Positions 14,241 through 28,099 of a stretch of 64,000 nucleotides of DNA are shown one piece after another. A program made the translations under genes and the position numbers. Location: contig NW_025963957.1 in NCBI RefSeq assembly GCF_023055435.1, forward strand, positions 8,246,001 through 8,310,000. The letters run 5' to 3'. The notes under the pieces are model-generated. The model did no database searches. It was not told where the DNA came from and worked only from the letters and a program-made list of their open reading frames with translations. The stretch is from Haliotis rufescens. Taxonomy: Eukaryota. Positions within the stretch are counted from its first letter, which is position 1; every line of letters starts with the position of its first letter.

Positions 14241-14567
14241 AGAATCTACGCTCGTACAGACGGCAAACATGGTCTACCCCGTGTACACACTCGAATAAAC
14301 AACATAACATGAAAATATACTTTTGAACGTTCATTGACGTCAATAAGCTATGTCATCGAATCCTGCCTTTCATTCAGGATCTCACATGCAGACAACAAAC
14401 ACGATGACCAGATGGACGCTGACAAATACAGAGATTTCTCTATTGTAAACTGTGCGGACAAAACGTTCATATCGATCTACTCCAAGCGCTTGAATATCCA
14501 ATTACCAGAATATACAACAGATGATGCATTTTGAAATTCCTTGTAGATATCTTCATGTAAACAATCG

Positions 14568-15220
14568 ATAACGTTGTCATACAATTCCCCACTTGTGATA
14601 ACGCTGTCATACAATTCCTCTCTTGTGATAATGCTGTCACACAGTTCCCCACTTGTGATAACGTTGTCATACAATTCCCCACTTGTGATAACGCTGTCAC
14701 ACAATTCCCCACTTGTGATAACGCTGTCACACAATTCCCCACTTGTGATAACGCTGTCATACAATTCCCCACTTGTGATAACGCTGTCATACAATTCCCA
14801 GCTTGTGATAACGTTGTCATACAATTCCCCACTTGTGATAACGCTCTCATACAATTCCTCTCTTGTGATAATGCTGTCACACAGTTCCCCACTTGTGATA
14901 ACGTTGTCATACAATTCCCCACTTGTGATAACGCTGTCACACAATTCCCCACTTGTGATAACGCTGTCACACAATTCCCCACTTGTGATAACGCTGTCAT
15001 ACAATTCCCCGATTGTGATAACGCTGTCACACAATTCCTCTCTTGTGATAACGCTGTCACACAATTCCTCTCTTGTGATAACGTTGTCACACAATTCCTC
15101 TCTTGTGATAACGTTGTCACACAATTCCTCTCTGTGTGATAACGCTGTCACACAACCCCTCTCTTGCGATAACGTTGTCAGAAAATTCCTCTCTTGTGAT
15201 AACGCTGTCACACAAATTCT
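14568..15220. repeat. 30 bp minisatellite
   Basis: ACAATTCCCCACTTGTGATAACGCTGTCAC. Confidence 0.95.
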
Positions 15221-15989
15221 CTCTTTCTAACTGTAAACAGATTTTATAGTGCCATCACTTATAGCACTCGTATAGAACGTGAGCTTAATATTTGACTTTA
15301 TAATGTGGCGACCAAACAGATCGGGTGGTCAGGTGAAGAAGACAAAGAAGAACATTATGTTATTATTGTGCCACACTTTGCATTTACAGTTTATACAATT
15401 ATGATAGCAACATCGGTAAAACTATCAAAGTTCGGCCTCATAAGGCTTACAAGACACAAATGTACATAAAATATCAAAAACTATTGTATAATGTTTATAC
15501 TTAGATACACACAAAATAATTGATACAACAATGAATACGTTATATCGTAATAGGAAGGGGGTAGCACTTAGGGAAATTGAACTCTGCGTTTGTACATGGT
15601 GTAGAGAGTTGCAGCTAGGGATTGTGAAAAACGATGAATCATTAATCATTTCATAAAATTTATCAATAGGTTCTATAGCTAGAAACAGTGGTTCGAACTG
15701 AGACGTTTAACAGAATTGATCGTACCTGAAGTCGGTCAGGCAATATATAAAATGACATTCGCCTTCAATAGCTTATATATTGCAGTGTTTACATATGTGA
15801 TTCAGTAAGGGGGTCATAGTGGTTAAGTTAACATACTCCGGTATTCTCCGGGATCAATACATTTTACATATTTACCAGTGCATAAATCATTTTCAAAAAG
15901 TCGGCAAGTGCTTAATTTATTCCCAGATATCATTCTATGAGCTGTGGTGCCACTTTGTACAAACAATGGTTAACAAAAGATCCTTATTG

Positions 15990-16400
15990 CGATTTAACTA
16001 AGCGAGGCACGAACAGCAACACGTGCAAATAAAATAATCACACGATTGACCCATGAATTATGGATAGCAGCTGACTGATTATAAATATGAGATAATAGTA
16101 AGCGATGTGGTATAAACTTATTTAATCCTGACCAGAAGCGTATGGTTTCAGCTTTTTGCTCATAAAAGCATGAGGTCCTGCCTAGGTCGTCTTTGGCATC
16201 CACATAAGATGACTTGCTGCCAGCGCCCAAATATAATCTACATGTTCTATTTTGCATCGTGTGAATAATTAGATACTCTCTAGTCCACCAAGTGGGAGCA
16301 CCGCATGATGAAATAGGTTTACAAGGCGGTTATACAGCTGTTTGAAAACTCTATATGACATACCACCTTTTGTTTTCTAAATTTAACAATGATAACAGAT
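15990..16400 (-). mobile_element. Decayed LINE ORF2 C-terminal fragment
   Basis: VFKQLYNRLV... and QNRTCRLYLG.G......DLG...RFW pattern. Confidence 0.5.
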
Positions 16401-17105
16401 AAAGCTAGACTTGATGATTTGGCAATCTCTTTTGCAGGAATGTTCATATCTTAACATCCATTAAGCCACAAGCCGAGGTATCTATACATCGGAGAATAAT
16501 CAGTATCGGTGTCGGGCCATTTTAAATCAAAATCAGATTGGTCAGGTTGTTATTCCTAAAATGGACATTTTTCGTCAGATAGTTATTGAGAATTTACAGC
16601 TAGTTTCCATTTGTAAAGAAAAGGGCTGCACAATCTAACATGTCTGCAGTGACTGTTGGTGCAATTAGTGCTATATCATCAGTTTATAATTACAACTTAA
16701 CATTTCTTCTGCATGGTCGTTGCTCACAATGTAAGACGCTGCATTGTCTGGTCCCGACTCCATGGTTTACAGACCGCGACGTCAAACAACCAACAAACTG
16801 TTACTTTTACTGTGTGTATATGACACGTACGTCATTAAGATCGAAAACACCAAAACGTCTCCAAAACGCTCTTCGGGACTTACGAAAACGATTGTGACCA
16901 TGGAAAGTAAAGGTGATCCTATATAAAACAAAGTGACTGATTTGGGGGAAATGCTGGCAAGACCGTTCATAAATGTATATTTGACAAATCCGCATGAAAC
17001 ACTAAGAGAATATGTAAGAATAGCAAGTACTGCTGGACTCTGTAAAGGCATGTCTGACCAATCGTCAGACTCAATGTATTCAGTATGAGGAAATAGAATA
17101 ATCGA

Positions 17106-18382
17106 TAGCGATAAACACGGAACAGACTGGAGCGTTAAACACTGAACAGACTGGAGCGTTAAACACTGAACAGAAAGTAGCGTTAAACACCGAACAGACT
17201 GTAGCGTTAAACACTGAACAGACTGTAGCGTTAAACACTGAACAGACTGTAGCGTTAAACACTGAACAGACTGTAGCGTTAAACACTGAACAGACAGTAG
17301 CGTTAAACACTGAACAGACTGTAGCGTTAAACACTGAACAGACTGTAGCGATAAACACTGAACAGACTGTAGCGTTAAACACTGAACAGACTGTACCGTT
17401 AAACACTGAACAGACTGTAGCGTTAAACACTGAACAGACAGTAGCGTTAAACACTGAACAGACTGTAGCGTTAAACACTGAACAGACAGTAGCGTTAAAC
17501 ACTGAACAGACAGTAGCGTTAAACACTGAACAGACTGTAGCGTTAAACACTGAACAGACAGTAGCGTTAAACACTGAACAGACTGTAGCGTTAAACACGG
17601 AACAGACTGTAGCGTTAAACACTGAACAGACTGTACCGTTAAACACTGAACAGACTGTAGCGTTAAACACTGAACAGACAGTAGCGTTAAACACTGAACA
17701 GACTGTAGCGTTAAACACGGAACAGACTGTAGCGTTAAACACGGAATAGACTGTAGCGTTAAACACTGAACAGACTGTAGCGTTAAACACAGAACAGACT
17801 GTAGCGATAAACACTGAACAGACTGTAGCGTTAAACACAGAACAGACTGTAGCGTTAAACACTGAACAGACAGTAGCGTTAAACACTGAACAGACAGTAG
17901 CGTTAAACACTGAACAGACTGTAGCGTTAAACACGGAACAGACTGTAGCGTTAAACACGGAACAGACTGTAGCGTTAAACACGGAATAGACTGTAGCGTT
18001 AAACACTGAACAGACTGTAGCGTTAAACACAGAACAGACTGTAGCGATAAACACTGAACAGACTGTAGCGTTAAACACAGAACAGACTGTAGCGTTAAAC
18101 ACAGAACAGACTGGAGCGTTAAACACAGAACAGACTGTAGCGTTAAACACTGAACAGACTGTAGCGTTAAACACAGAACAGACTGTAGCGTTAAACACTG
18201 AACAGACTGTAGCGTTAAACACAGAACAGACTGTAGCGTTAAACACAGAACAGACTGTAGCGTTAAACACAGAACAGACTGTAGCGTTAAACACAGAACA
18301 GACTGTAGCGTTAAACACAGAACAGACTGTAGCGTTAAACACAGAACAGACTGTAGCGTTAAACACAGAACAGACTGTAGCG
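17106..18382. repeat. 24 bp minisatellite
   Basis: GACTGTAGCGTTAAACACTGAACA. Confidence 0.97.
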
Positions 18383-20792
18383 ACATCCTGGGTACGTGTG
18401 CCCAGCAGGTAGAGTAATCATCCGCCCCACCCCCGCAACCCCCACTGTATGTATGCATTGGTCCCTGCGGGCTGCAACTCCCTCCCCCAGCTCCGGGCTA
18501 CTGCGGGGCTAACTCCCTCATCCCTGAAGCCCTTCCCTGACCACCGGTCAAATGCTGACAGATGCCCTGGAACACAAATAGGGGTGGGCTAATTTCACCC
18601 CAAACTGACCAGCGTTAAATTTTCAATTTCATTCAAGATGTCTTTCTGCCCTCACCAATAACCCTTACCGTCGCTGGGCGTTCTGCCCGAGGGGTAGTGC
18701 CGGGCCTGAACGACCCCCGGGAAGAAGCCCTACCCCCGGGCACATGGTGCTTTGTGACGGTTCAGCGGCCACAACATGGCAAGTGAGATGTAAAAAGTGA
18801 CAAGCATTGTCAAAATAATGTTTGAGAAAAACTGCGCGTTTTGTTGCAATGCTGGCTTCCTACGAGTACAGTGAGTTACACATGTTTGTGAATCACCTCT
18901 CCTTGACACTAATGGATTAGTAAATAACACACGACTCAGTCATTTATTAAGTAACGTCACTTGAAAACAGAGCATGTGAGTGCGTGCTTCAAGTCACGCT
19001 AAGTATACCCTGTGCACAAACCAATCTAGCATCGCCTGCAGGTGTATCTTACCCATCTCCATCAACTCGCCGGTCCGCCGCCAACAACTCGTACAGGACC
19101 AAACCATGTCACTACCGGCGTGGACGTACTGAAGGACGCGGGGGAAACAATAAACAGGAGGGAACAATAATTATATAGACAGACAGGTTGTTAATAATTG
19201 TTTGTATTTTTTTAAAGATTAGTGATAAGACACTGATGATTGATGCTGGTGAAACAGACAGTGGTACTGTGAATACTCTAACTGTCCTATTCCCACTGAT
19301 GAAGTTACACGCGCTGCTAGAATAACATCTGGTCTCTCATGTGAAGATACTTTACAGAAAGAAACAGTTGTTAAATTATAGTTATAAAATATGATAAAAG
19401 GGAGTCCCCAGAGACTTTCTTCATTTTCAGATAATGCAGTAATGTAGACTTGCCAAACATTTAGGCTTGCACGGGCTGTATTGGATATATTTGTTTCAGT
19501 GTATGAAAACTGTAGAAAACAACAGTAAACCAACAAAAGGCTTATTGCCTCAACTGACACGACAGTGACGACATTATATACAGTCCTGCATCGACAGTGA
19601 CGATGTTAACAATACTGACTCGCTTGCCCTACTTTACAGTGTGTTTTGTCTCTCATCTGGTATAATTCCCGAGCACGGCTGACGGGGAAATCCAAATTAT
19701 AAGGAAAAGTCTAACGCAGCATTAGACTCGTCTAAACAACGTTCAGTACTTCGGGGGGTTTTATGACCAGCAGTTCACTAAATGAACGACTAACTTCACA
19801 AGCTCAAGCAGGATTAACAAAAAAACTGCAGATATTGGTTGTACATATATCACAACAACTGTTTTTTTACATTCTACAGGGCTTTTGTAGATATTTAGTG
19901 CACAGTGCATATATAGACATTGTCATTCCTGAACCATGTAACAGATACGTGTTATAACAATAATTTAGTGGTAGTAGAACTATAGTCTATGGTAGAGAGA
20001 ATTGGTGCGAAGAATAAACATTTCTTTGTGTCGATAAAAATGGAATTTTGCTGCTCTTGATGTTAGCAGTTATATTATATGCAGAGAGCACGCCTAACTC
20101 ACGTGATCCGCGTGGTTTGGCTTACATGTGATTTGGTGAGGTGCATAATACTACAAATAGTTGCATGTCATATATATCAGTCAGTACATCTTCACAGTAG
20201 CGGGAGATGACCGAAGGCAAATATAGCAACGGACTGTTTTCCACACTGAGCCTGATGTAGAGTCTGAGGCAAACTACGTCAGTGCGGTCTTCACGCTCTG
20301 GTGGTGCTGGCCCTACAACGCCGAACAACGGGGGTTGCAGAATCCAGACAGCATTGGACTGAACGTCAGGGTGTACTTGAACTGTAGACGAACATGTATT
20401 GAAAGACCTGTTTCTACATACATTTAGTTCACATTGTCACGTGTTGATAACATGACACGTGCAACCCGCTTCCACAACAACGTCACCACCAGTAAACTGT
20501 CATACAACAAACTACAGTCGACCAAATCGGTCGACTTCAGAACGTGACGAGAGGAGCAGGGCAGTGCGTGAACCAGGGGTAGAGTTTCCTTGTCTTGGAT
20601 GCGAAGCTCCTCTTCAACACACACACACACGCACACATCATATGCTAGCAGGGTCACGTGTGTCATCAGCACCTCCGCAATCTGACTTGATAATGCAACC
20701 TCCAGTCACTGAGTGATGGAACAGACTGACGACTGTATGTCATCACCTTGATCTCACTGCACAGAGACATCGCTACCTGGTCATCCATACCG

Positions 20793-22925
20793 GTGTTTGT
20801 TGTCATCTACACCGACAAAGTGAATCTCAGATAGGTCTCCAGTCATAAGCAATGTTCACAGGTGGTATTGTGTGTTTGTTGTCATCTACACCGACAAAGT
20901 GAATCTCAGATAGGTCTCCAGTCATAAGCAATGTTCACAGGTTGTATTGAGTGTTTGTTGTCATCTACACCGACAAAGTGAATCTCAGATAGGTCTCCAG
21001 TCATAAGCATTGTTCACAGGTGGTATTGTGTGTTTGTTGTCATCTACACCGACAAAGTCAATCTCAGATAGGTCTCCAGTCATAAGCAATGTTCACAGGT
21101 TGTATTGAGTGTTTGTTGTCATCTACACCGACAAAGTGAATCTCAGATAGGTCTCCAGTCATAAGCATTGTTCACAGGTGGTATTGTGTGTTTGTTGTCA
21201 TCTACACCGACAAAGTCAATCTCAGATAGGTCTCCAGTCATAAGCAATGTTCACAGGTTGTATTGAGTGTTTGTTGTCATCTACACCGACAAAGTGAATC
21301 TCAGATAGGTCTCCAGTCATAAGCATTGTTCACAGGTGGTATTGTGTGTTTGTTGTCATCTACACCGACAAAGTGAATCTCAGATAGGTCTCCAGTCATA
21401 AGCGATGTTCACAGGTTGTATTGAGTGTTTGTTGTCATCTACACCGACAAAGTGAATCTCAGATAGGTCTCCAGTCAGAAGCATTGTTCACAGGTGGTAT
21501 TGTGTGTTTGTTGTCATCTACACCGACAAAGTGAATCTCAGATAGGTCTCCAGTCATAAGCAATGTTCACAGGTTGTATTGAGTGTTTGTTGTCATCTAC
21601 ACCGACAAAGTGAATCTCAGATAGGTCTCCAGTCATAAGCAATGTTCACAGGTTGTATTGAGTGTTTGTTGTCATCTACACCGACAAAGTGAATCTCAGA
21701 TAGGTCTCCAGTCATAAGCAATGTTCACAGGTTGTATTGAGTGTTTGTTGTCATCTACACCGACAAAGTGAATCTCAGATAGGTCTCCAGTCATAAGCAA
21801 TGTTCACAGGTTGTATTGAGTGTTTGTTGTCATCTACACCGACAAAGTGAATCTCAGATAGGTCTCCAGTCATAAGCAATGTTCACAGGTTGTATTGAGT
21901 GTTTGTTGTCATCTACACCGACAAAGTGAATCTCAGATAGGTCTCCAGTCATAAGCAATGTTCACAGGTTGTATTGAGTGTTTGTTGTCATCTACACCGA
22001 CAAAGTGAATCTCAGATAGGTCTCCAGTCATAAGCAATGTTCACAGGTTGTATTGAGTGTTTGTTGTCATCTACACCGACAAAGTGAATCTCAGATAGGT
22101 CTCCAGTCATAAGCAATGTTCACAGGTTGTATTGAGTGTTTGTTGTCATCTACACCGACAAAGTGAATCTCAGATAGGTCTCCAGTCATAAGCAATGTTC
22201 ACAGGTTGTATTGAGTGTTTGTTGTCATCTACACCGACAAAGTGAATCTCAGATAGGTCTCCAGTCATAAGCAATGTTCACAGGTTGTATTGAGTGTTTG
22301 TTGTCATCTACACCGACAAAGTGAATCTCAGATAGGTCTCCAGTCATAAGCAATGTTCACAGGTTGTATTGAGTGTTTGTTGTCATCTACACCGACAAAG
22401 TGAATCTCAGATAGGTCTCCAGTCATAAGCAATGTTCACAGGTTGTATTGAGTGTTTGTTGTCATCTACACCGACAAAGTGAATCTCAGATAGGTCTCCA
22501 GTCATAAGCAATGTTCACAGGTTGTATTGAGTGTTTGTTGTCATCTACACCGACAAAGTGAATCTCAGATAGGTCTCCAGTCATAAGCAATGTTCACAGG
22601 TTGTATTGTGTGTTTGTTGTCATCTACACCGACAAAGTGAATCTCAGATAGGTCTCCAGTCATAAGCAATGTTCACAGGTTGTATTGAGTGTTTGTTGTC
22701 ATCTACACCGACAAAGTGAATCTCAGATAGGTCTCCAGTCATAAGCAATGTTCACAGGTTGTATTGAGTGTTTGTTGTCATCTACACCGACAAAGTGAAT
22801 CTCAGATAGGTCTCCAGTCATAAGCAATGTTCACAGGTTGTATTGAGTGTTTGTTGTCATCTACACCGACAAAGTGAATCTCAGATAGGTCTCCAGTCAT
22901 AAGCAATGTTCACATGTTGTATTGT
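20793..22925. repeat. 79 bp tandem repeat, ~27 near-identical units
   Basis: GTGTTTGTTGTCATCTACACCGACAAAGTGAATCTCAGATAGGTCTCCAGTCATAAGCAATGTTCACAGGTTGTATTGA. Confidence 0.97.
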
Positions 22926-23185
22926 TTGTTTGTTGTTTAACGCGGCACTCAGCAATATGCAAGCTGTGTGCCGGCAGTCTGTAAATAAACGAGTCTGGAC
23001 CAGACATTCCAGTGATCGACATCATGAGCATCGATCTACGCAATTGGGATACGATGACGTGCATCAACCAAGTCAGCGACCCTGACCACCCGATCCCGTT
23101 AGTCGTCTTTTACAACAAGTATAGTCCCCTATTATGACACGCATGGGTTGCTGAAGATGTATTCTATCACGGACCGCACGGATAT
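22924..23185 (-). mobile_element. Family C copy
   Basis: Colinear with 47187-47448. Confidence 0.85.
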
Positions 23186-24382
23186 TCACAGGTTGTACGA
23201 CACACTGCAAAACATGATCAATCAAGCGTACTTTACCATTACAGCATTTTAACATTTTTACAACGTGACGTTGGGGTACAGACACAAGTTGTCACATTGA
23301 ATTGTTTACAATACACCAAAATCTTAAAAGAACTATCACGGCCATTTCAGGGTCAGTAGATAGACACGTGCGTTACATCAGGGTGTCCACAATATCATTG
23401 TATCTGATTTCCTCTTCTTGTTCAATCCAGAATATTGAAATAATAGCTAATGCCACAGAGACAACATCTTCATCTCTGCTTCTGATGCCAGCACGTGTCG
23501 GTGTGTGTCGGGGTAATGGCGGCGTGTTGAAGTGGACGACCACGGTGCGTGTGACACGCGGGGAACAGTGACCATCTCGCCACGGTCAGCGTGTGGTCAA
23601 TACCACAATATAGGCACCCTACGACCCCCCGTCCCCTGCCCACTTGACCACAGCCCTGCCCGCTCCCCGTCAGTCCGGCAGCTCTGGACCCTGGTCACCT
23701 CACTTACCCTGATTAGCTGAAACAATACTCTGATGAACGGGTCCCGCCTGGTTCTCAGCATGACGTCATTGCTTATGTCACGTGTACACTGACGTCAGTG
23801 AGGGGAAGACAATGGCGCATGATGTCGCGTGTCATGTGCAGATTGTCGTGAGTGCTGAGCTATTATGATACACTTGGGCGTGACAGCAGTCATCGGTTGG
23901 GGATGAAATGCTACTTCAGCAGTTGGAACATGGACGTCTGGATGGGTGGCTTGAAACACTCACAACAAAATACGGAGCAGACCGGGACACGAGACGTCAA
24001 GGAGGAATATTCAATTAACATGCATCAAGCACACGTGAAGGACCGTGCTTTCTAAACCACTTAGATCAGTGAATTAAACGTATTCGTGTGAACAAGTTAA
24101 ATCCACAAAGTCAAGAACATACCACCTCGAAACATTGTCAAGTAACACCAGGTGTTCGTGAAACGTCGGGTCCCACCTCCAGCTCCCGTCGTGGGGTCAA
24201 GGTCACCGTACATTTTCATAAGAATAAAGGCGTCCTTTGCCAGGAATACTAATACAATACTCAATGTGAGTTTATCATCCGAAGTAGATCTACCCTGATA
24301 TAACATTTTAATTCCATGTTAAATATATAAGATGTTCGCCATGAACACTTTCATCATTCAGTGTCATCTGATCCGGATGACG

Positions 24383-24499
24383 GGAGGTCTGGGGTAGAAT
24401 ATGTCTTCAGCAACCCATACTTGCCGTAACATGCGACTATGCTTGTCGTAAAAGGCGACTAACGGGATCGGGTTGTCAGGCTCGCTGACTTGGTTGACA
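24383..24499 (+). mobile_element. Family C 5' half, cut off by the GACA-rich minisatellite
   Basis: ggggtagaata.gtcttcagcaaccca...gtcgtaaaaggcgactaacgggatcgg. Confidence 0.75.
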
Positions 24500-26750
24500 G
24501 ACAGACTATCAGAGAAACGTAGAGGACAGACAGACAGACTATCAGAGAAACGTAGAGAACAGACAGACTTTCAGAGAAACGTAGAGGACAGACAGACTAT
24601 CAGAGAAACGTAGGGGACAGACAGACTATCAGAGAAACGTAGAGGACAGACAGACTATCAGAGAAACGTAGGGGACAGACAGACTATCAGAGAAACGTAG
24701 GGGACAGACAGACAGACTTTCAGAGAAACGTAGAGGACAGACAGACTATCAGAGAAACGTAGGGGACAGACAGACAGACTATCAGAGAAACGTAGAGGAC
24801 AGACAGACTATCAGAGAAACGTAGAGGACAGACAGACTATCAGAGAAACGTAGGGGACAGACAGACAGACTTTCAGAGAAACGTAGAGGACAGACAGACT
24901 ATCAGAGAAACGTAGAGGACAGACAGACTATCAGAGAAACGTAGAGGACAGACAGACTTTCAGAGAAACGTAGGGGACAGACAGACTATCAGAGAAACGT
25001 AGAGGACAGACAGACTATCAGAGAAACGTAGAGGACAGACAGACTATCAGAGAAACGTAGAGGACAGACAGACTATCAGAGAAACGTAGAGGACAGACAG
25101 ACTATCAGAGAAACGTAGAGGACAGACAGACTATCAGAGAAACGTAGGGGACAGACAGGCAGACTATCAGAGAAACGTAGAGGACAGACAGACTTTCAGA
25201 GAAACGTAGAGGACAGACAGACTATCAGAGAAACGTAGGGGACAGACAGACAGACTATCAGAGAAACGTAGAGGACAGACAGACTTTCAGAGAAACGTAG
25301 GGGACAGACAGACAGACTATCAGAGAAACGTAGGGGACAGACAGACTATCAGAGAAACGTAGGGGACAGACAGACTATCAGAGAAACGTAGGGGACAGAC
25401 AGACTATCAGAGAAACGTAGGGGACAGACAGACTATCAGAGAAACGTAGGGGACAGACAGACTATCAGAGAAACGTAGAGGACAGACAGACTATCAGAGA
25501 AACGTAGGGGACAGACAGACTATCAGAGAAACGTAGGGGACAGACAGACAGACTATCAGAGAAACGTAGAGGACAGACAGACAGACTATCAGAGAAACGT
25601 AGGGGACAGACAGACTATCAGAGAAACGTAGAGGACAGACAGACTATCAGAGAAACGTAGGGGACAGACAGACTATCAGAGAAACGTAGGGGACAGACAG
25701 ACAGACTATCAGAGAAACGTAGGGGACAGACAGGCAGACTATCAGAGAAACGTAGAGGACAGACAGACAGACTATCAGAGAAACGTAGGGGACAGACAGA
25801 CTATCAGAGAAACGTAGGGGACAGACAGACTATCAGAGAAACGTAGGGGACAGACAGAGAGACTATCAGAGAAACGTAGAGGACAGACAGACTATCAGAG
25901 AAACGTAGGGGACAGACAGAGAGACTATCAGAGAAACGTAGGGGACAGACAGACTATCAGAGAAACGTAGGGGACAGACAGACAGACTATCAGAGAAACG
26001 TAGGGGACAGACAGACTATCAGAGAAACGTAGGGGACAGACAGACAGACTATCAGAGAAACGTAGAGGACAGACAGACTATCAGAGAAACGTAGGGGACA
26101 GACAGACAGACTTTCAGAGAAACGTAGGGGACAGACAGACAGACTATCAGAGAAACGTAGAGGACAGACAGACTATCAGAGAAACGTAGGGGACAGACAG
26201 ACAGACTATCAGAGAAACGTAGAGGACAGACAGACAGACTATCAGAGAAACGTAGAGGACAGACAGACTATCAGAGAAACGTAGGGGACAGACAGACAGA
26301 CTATCAGAGAAACGTAGGGGACAGACAGACTATCAGAGAAACGTAGAGGACAGACAGACAGACTATCAGAGAAACGTAGAGGACAGACAGACTATCAGAG
26401 AAACGTAGGGGACAGACAGACTATCAGAGAAACGTAGGGGACAGACAGACAGACTATCAGAGAAACGTAGAGGACAGACAGACTATCAGAGAAACGTAGG
26501 GGACAGACAGGCAGACTATCAGAGAAACGAAGAGGACAGACAGACTTTCAGAGAAACGTAGAGGACAGACAGACTATCAGAGAAACGTAGAGGACAGACA
26601 GACGGACAGAGTATCAGAGAATCGTAGAGGACAGACAGACAGACAGACTATCAGAGATACGTAGAAGACAGACAGACAGACAGATTATCAGATATACGTG
26701 GAGGACAGACAGACAGACTATCAGAGAAACGTAGAGGACAGATAGACGGA
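24497..26750. repeat. 29/33 bp minisatellite with variable (GACA)n
   Basis: GACAGACAGACTATCAGAGAAACGTAG(A/G)G. Confidence 0.97.
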
Positions 26751-27654
26751 TGTGTTTAGTCAGTATTTCGGCCTTGTGAACAAAATCTAGTAGTCACGTG
26801 ACTGACTGGACATTTGTTGAATTAACAACTCTTCGAAATCGTTTAGAAACTGTATTTGATAAAGAGAGCTGCTGACATAATAGTATAACATCATTTGAGT
26901 TAAGTACATTACTTGGTGATTAACCTATATATTTTCTAAATGTGGCAAATATTTCTTTCTTTAGGAAGCAAAGGCATCGCAGATTAACAGGACACGAAAC
27001 CCGTCTTCAATAGATCCAGATTTACAATATGTACAAATGATATTTGAATAGTATATGTCTTTGTTCTTCCTAATATCTTGTATTTTTTTATCAATGTAAA
27101 CGAGATACTAAACATAAAATCGCTCGCAGAAGGAATTTTCCATTAATGTTGAATGCTTCTCAGGTTGGAACACAGATTTAATGAAAGCGTAATGTAAAAG
27201 AAGATATTTTCTCACCAACCTTGAACGAAAATATAAACGAATCTTTTTTAAAGGTAGAAACAAACGATACCTTATTCCCAAGATCATGGGCAATCCAAAC
27301 ATAACAAATGTTATATTTAGTAACACTTTCTTAGTAGAGTACAGATTCTCGTACTTTTTGGAGTTGAGTCCCGTCCGGGATTCGAACCACACATTGCCAG
27401 AGTGAGGCACCTAATCGCCAGCACACAAAGTCAGCGATCTAACCCACTCAGCCACCGAGGCTTCCACAAAAGTGAAAGTCCGACAGCTGGTAGTCTAGAT
27501 CACGTACTTTGGGTACCCCTCTGACAAGTGTAAATTGGCACGGCTCCCATGGCCGAAAGCTATGAATACACAATGCCATTTAGAAAGTGGTCAAATGTAA
27601 CAAATGTTATATTTGGGATAACAGTTTCTTAGCTAGAGGGGCGAGAGCTCACTC

Positions 27655-28056
27655 AGAGGTGAGGTGAATATGGGGTAGAACGCCGTGTTCAAGNNNNNNN
27701 NNNNNNNNNNNNNNNNNNNNNNNNNNNNNNNNNNNNNNNNNNNNNNNNNNNNNNNNNNNNNNNNNNNNNNNNNNNNNNNNNNNNNNNNNNNNNNNNNNNN
27801 NNNNNNNNNNNNNNNNNNNNNNNNNNNNNNNNNNNNNNNNNNNNNCTGATGCCGATTTTATTAGTGCTAGCCCACTAAGATACCATGCCGCAGTTTAACA
27901 TGAATATCCCACTCAGACACAGTATACTGACTCCGAGCCGACAAGTCCTTGTCTTAGCCCCGTAATGCCGAACGCCAGACAGGGTAACAACAAGTATCAT
28001 CTTTTAACGTCTTTTGGTATGACGCGGTCGGGGATCGAACCCCGGACCTTCCGCTC
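27655..28056 (-). mobile_element. SINE family B copy spanning an assembly gap
   Basis: Colinear with 30556-30922 on both sides of the N run. Confidence 0.75.
27694..27845. other. Assembly gap (N run)
   Basis: Run of N. Confidence 1.
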
Positions 28057-28099
28057 TATATAGCCCCGAATCTCCCCTAACATAGCTTTATTCGAAGCA

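Noticed and set aside
14467-15230. ORFs of 217-244 aa on both strands
   Set aside because: 30 bp repeat artefact
16782-18458. 558 aa and 428 aa Cys-rich ORFs
   Set aside because: 24 bp minisatellite with no splice context or unique domain
20793-22925. CRISPR-like regular repeats here and at 59451-59970 and 61467-62694
   Set aside because: No unique spacers, no cas genes, eukaryotic context
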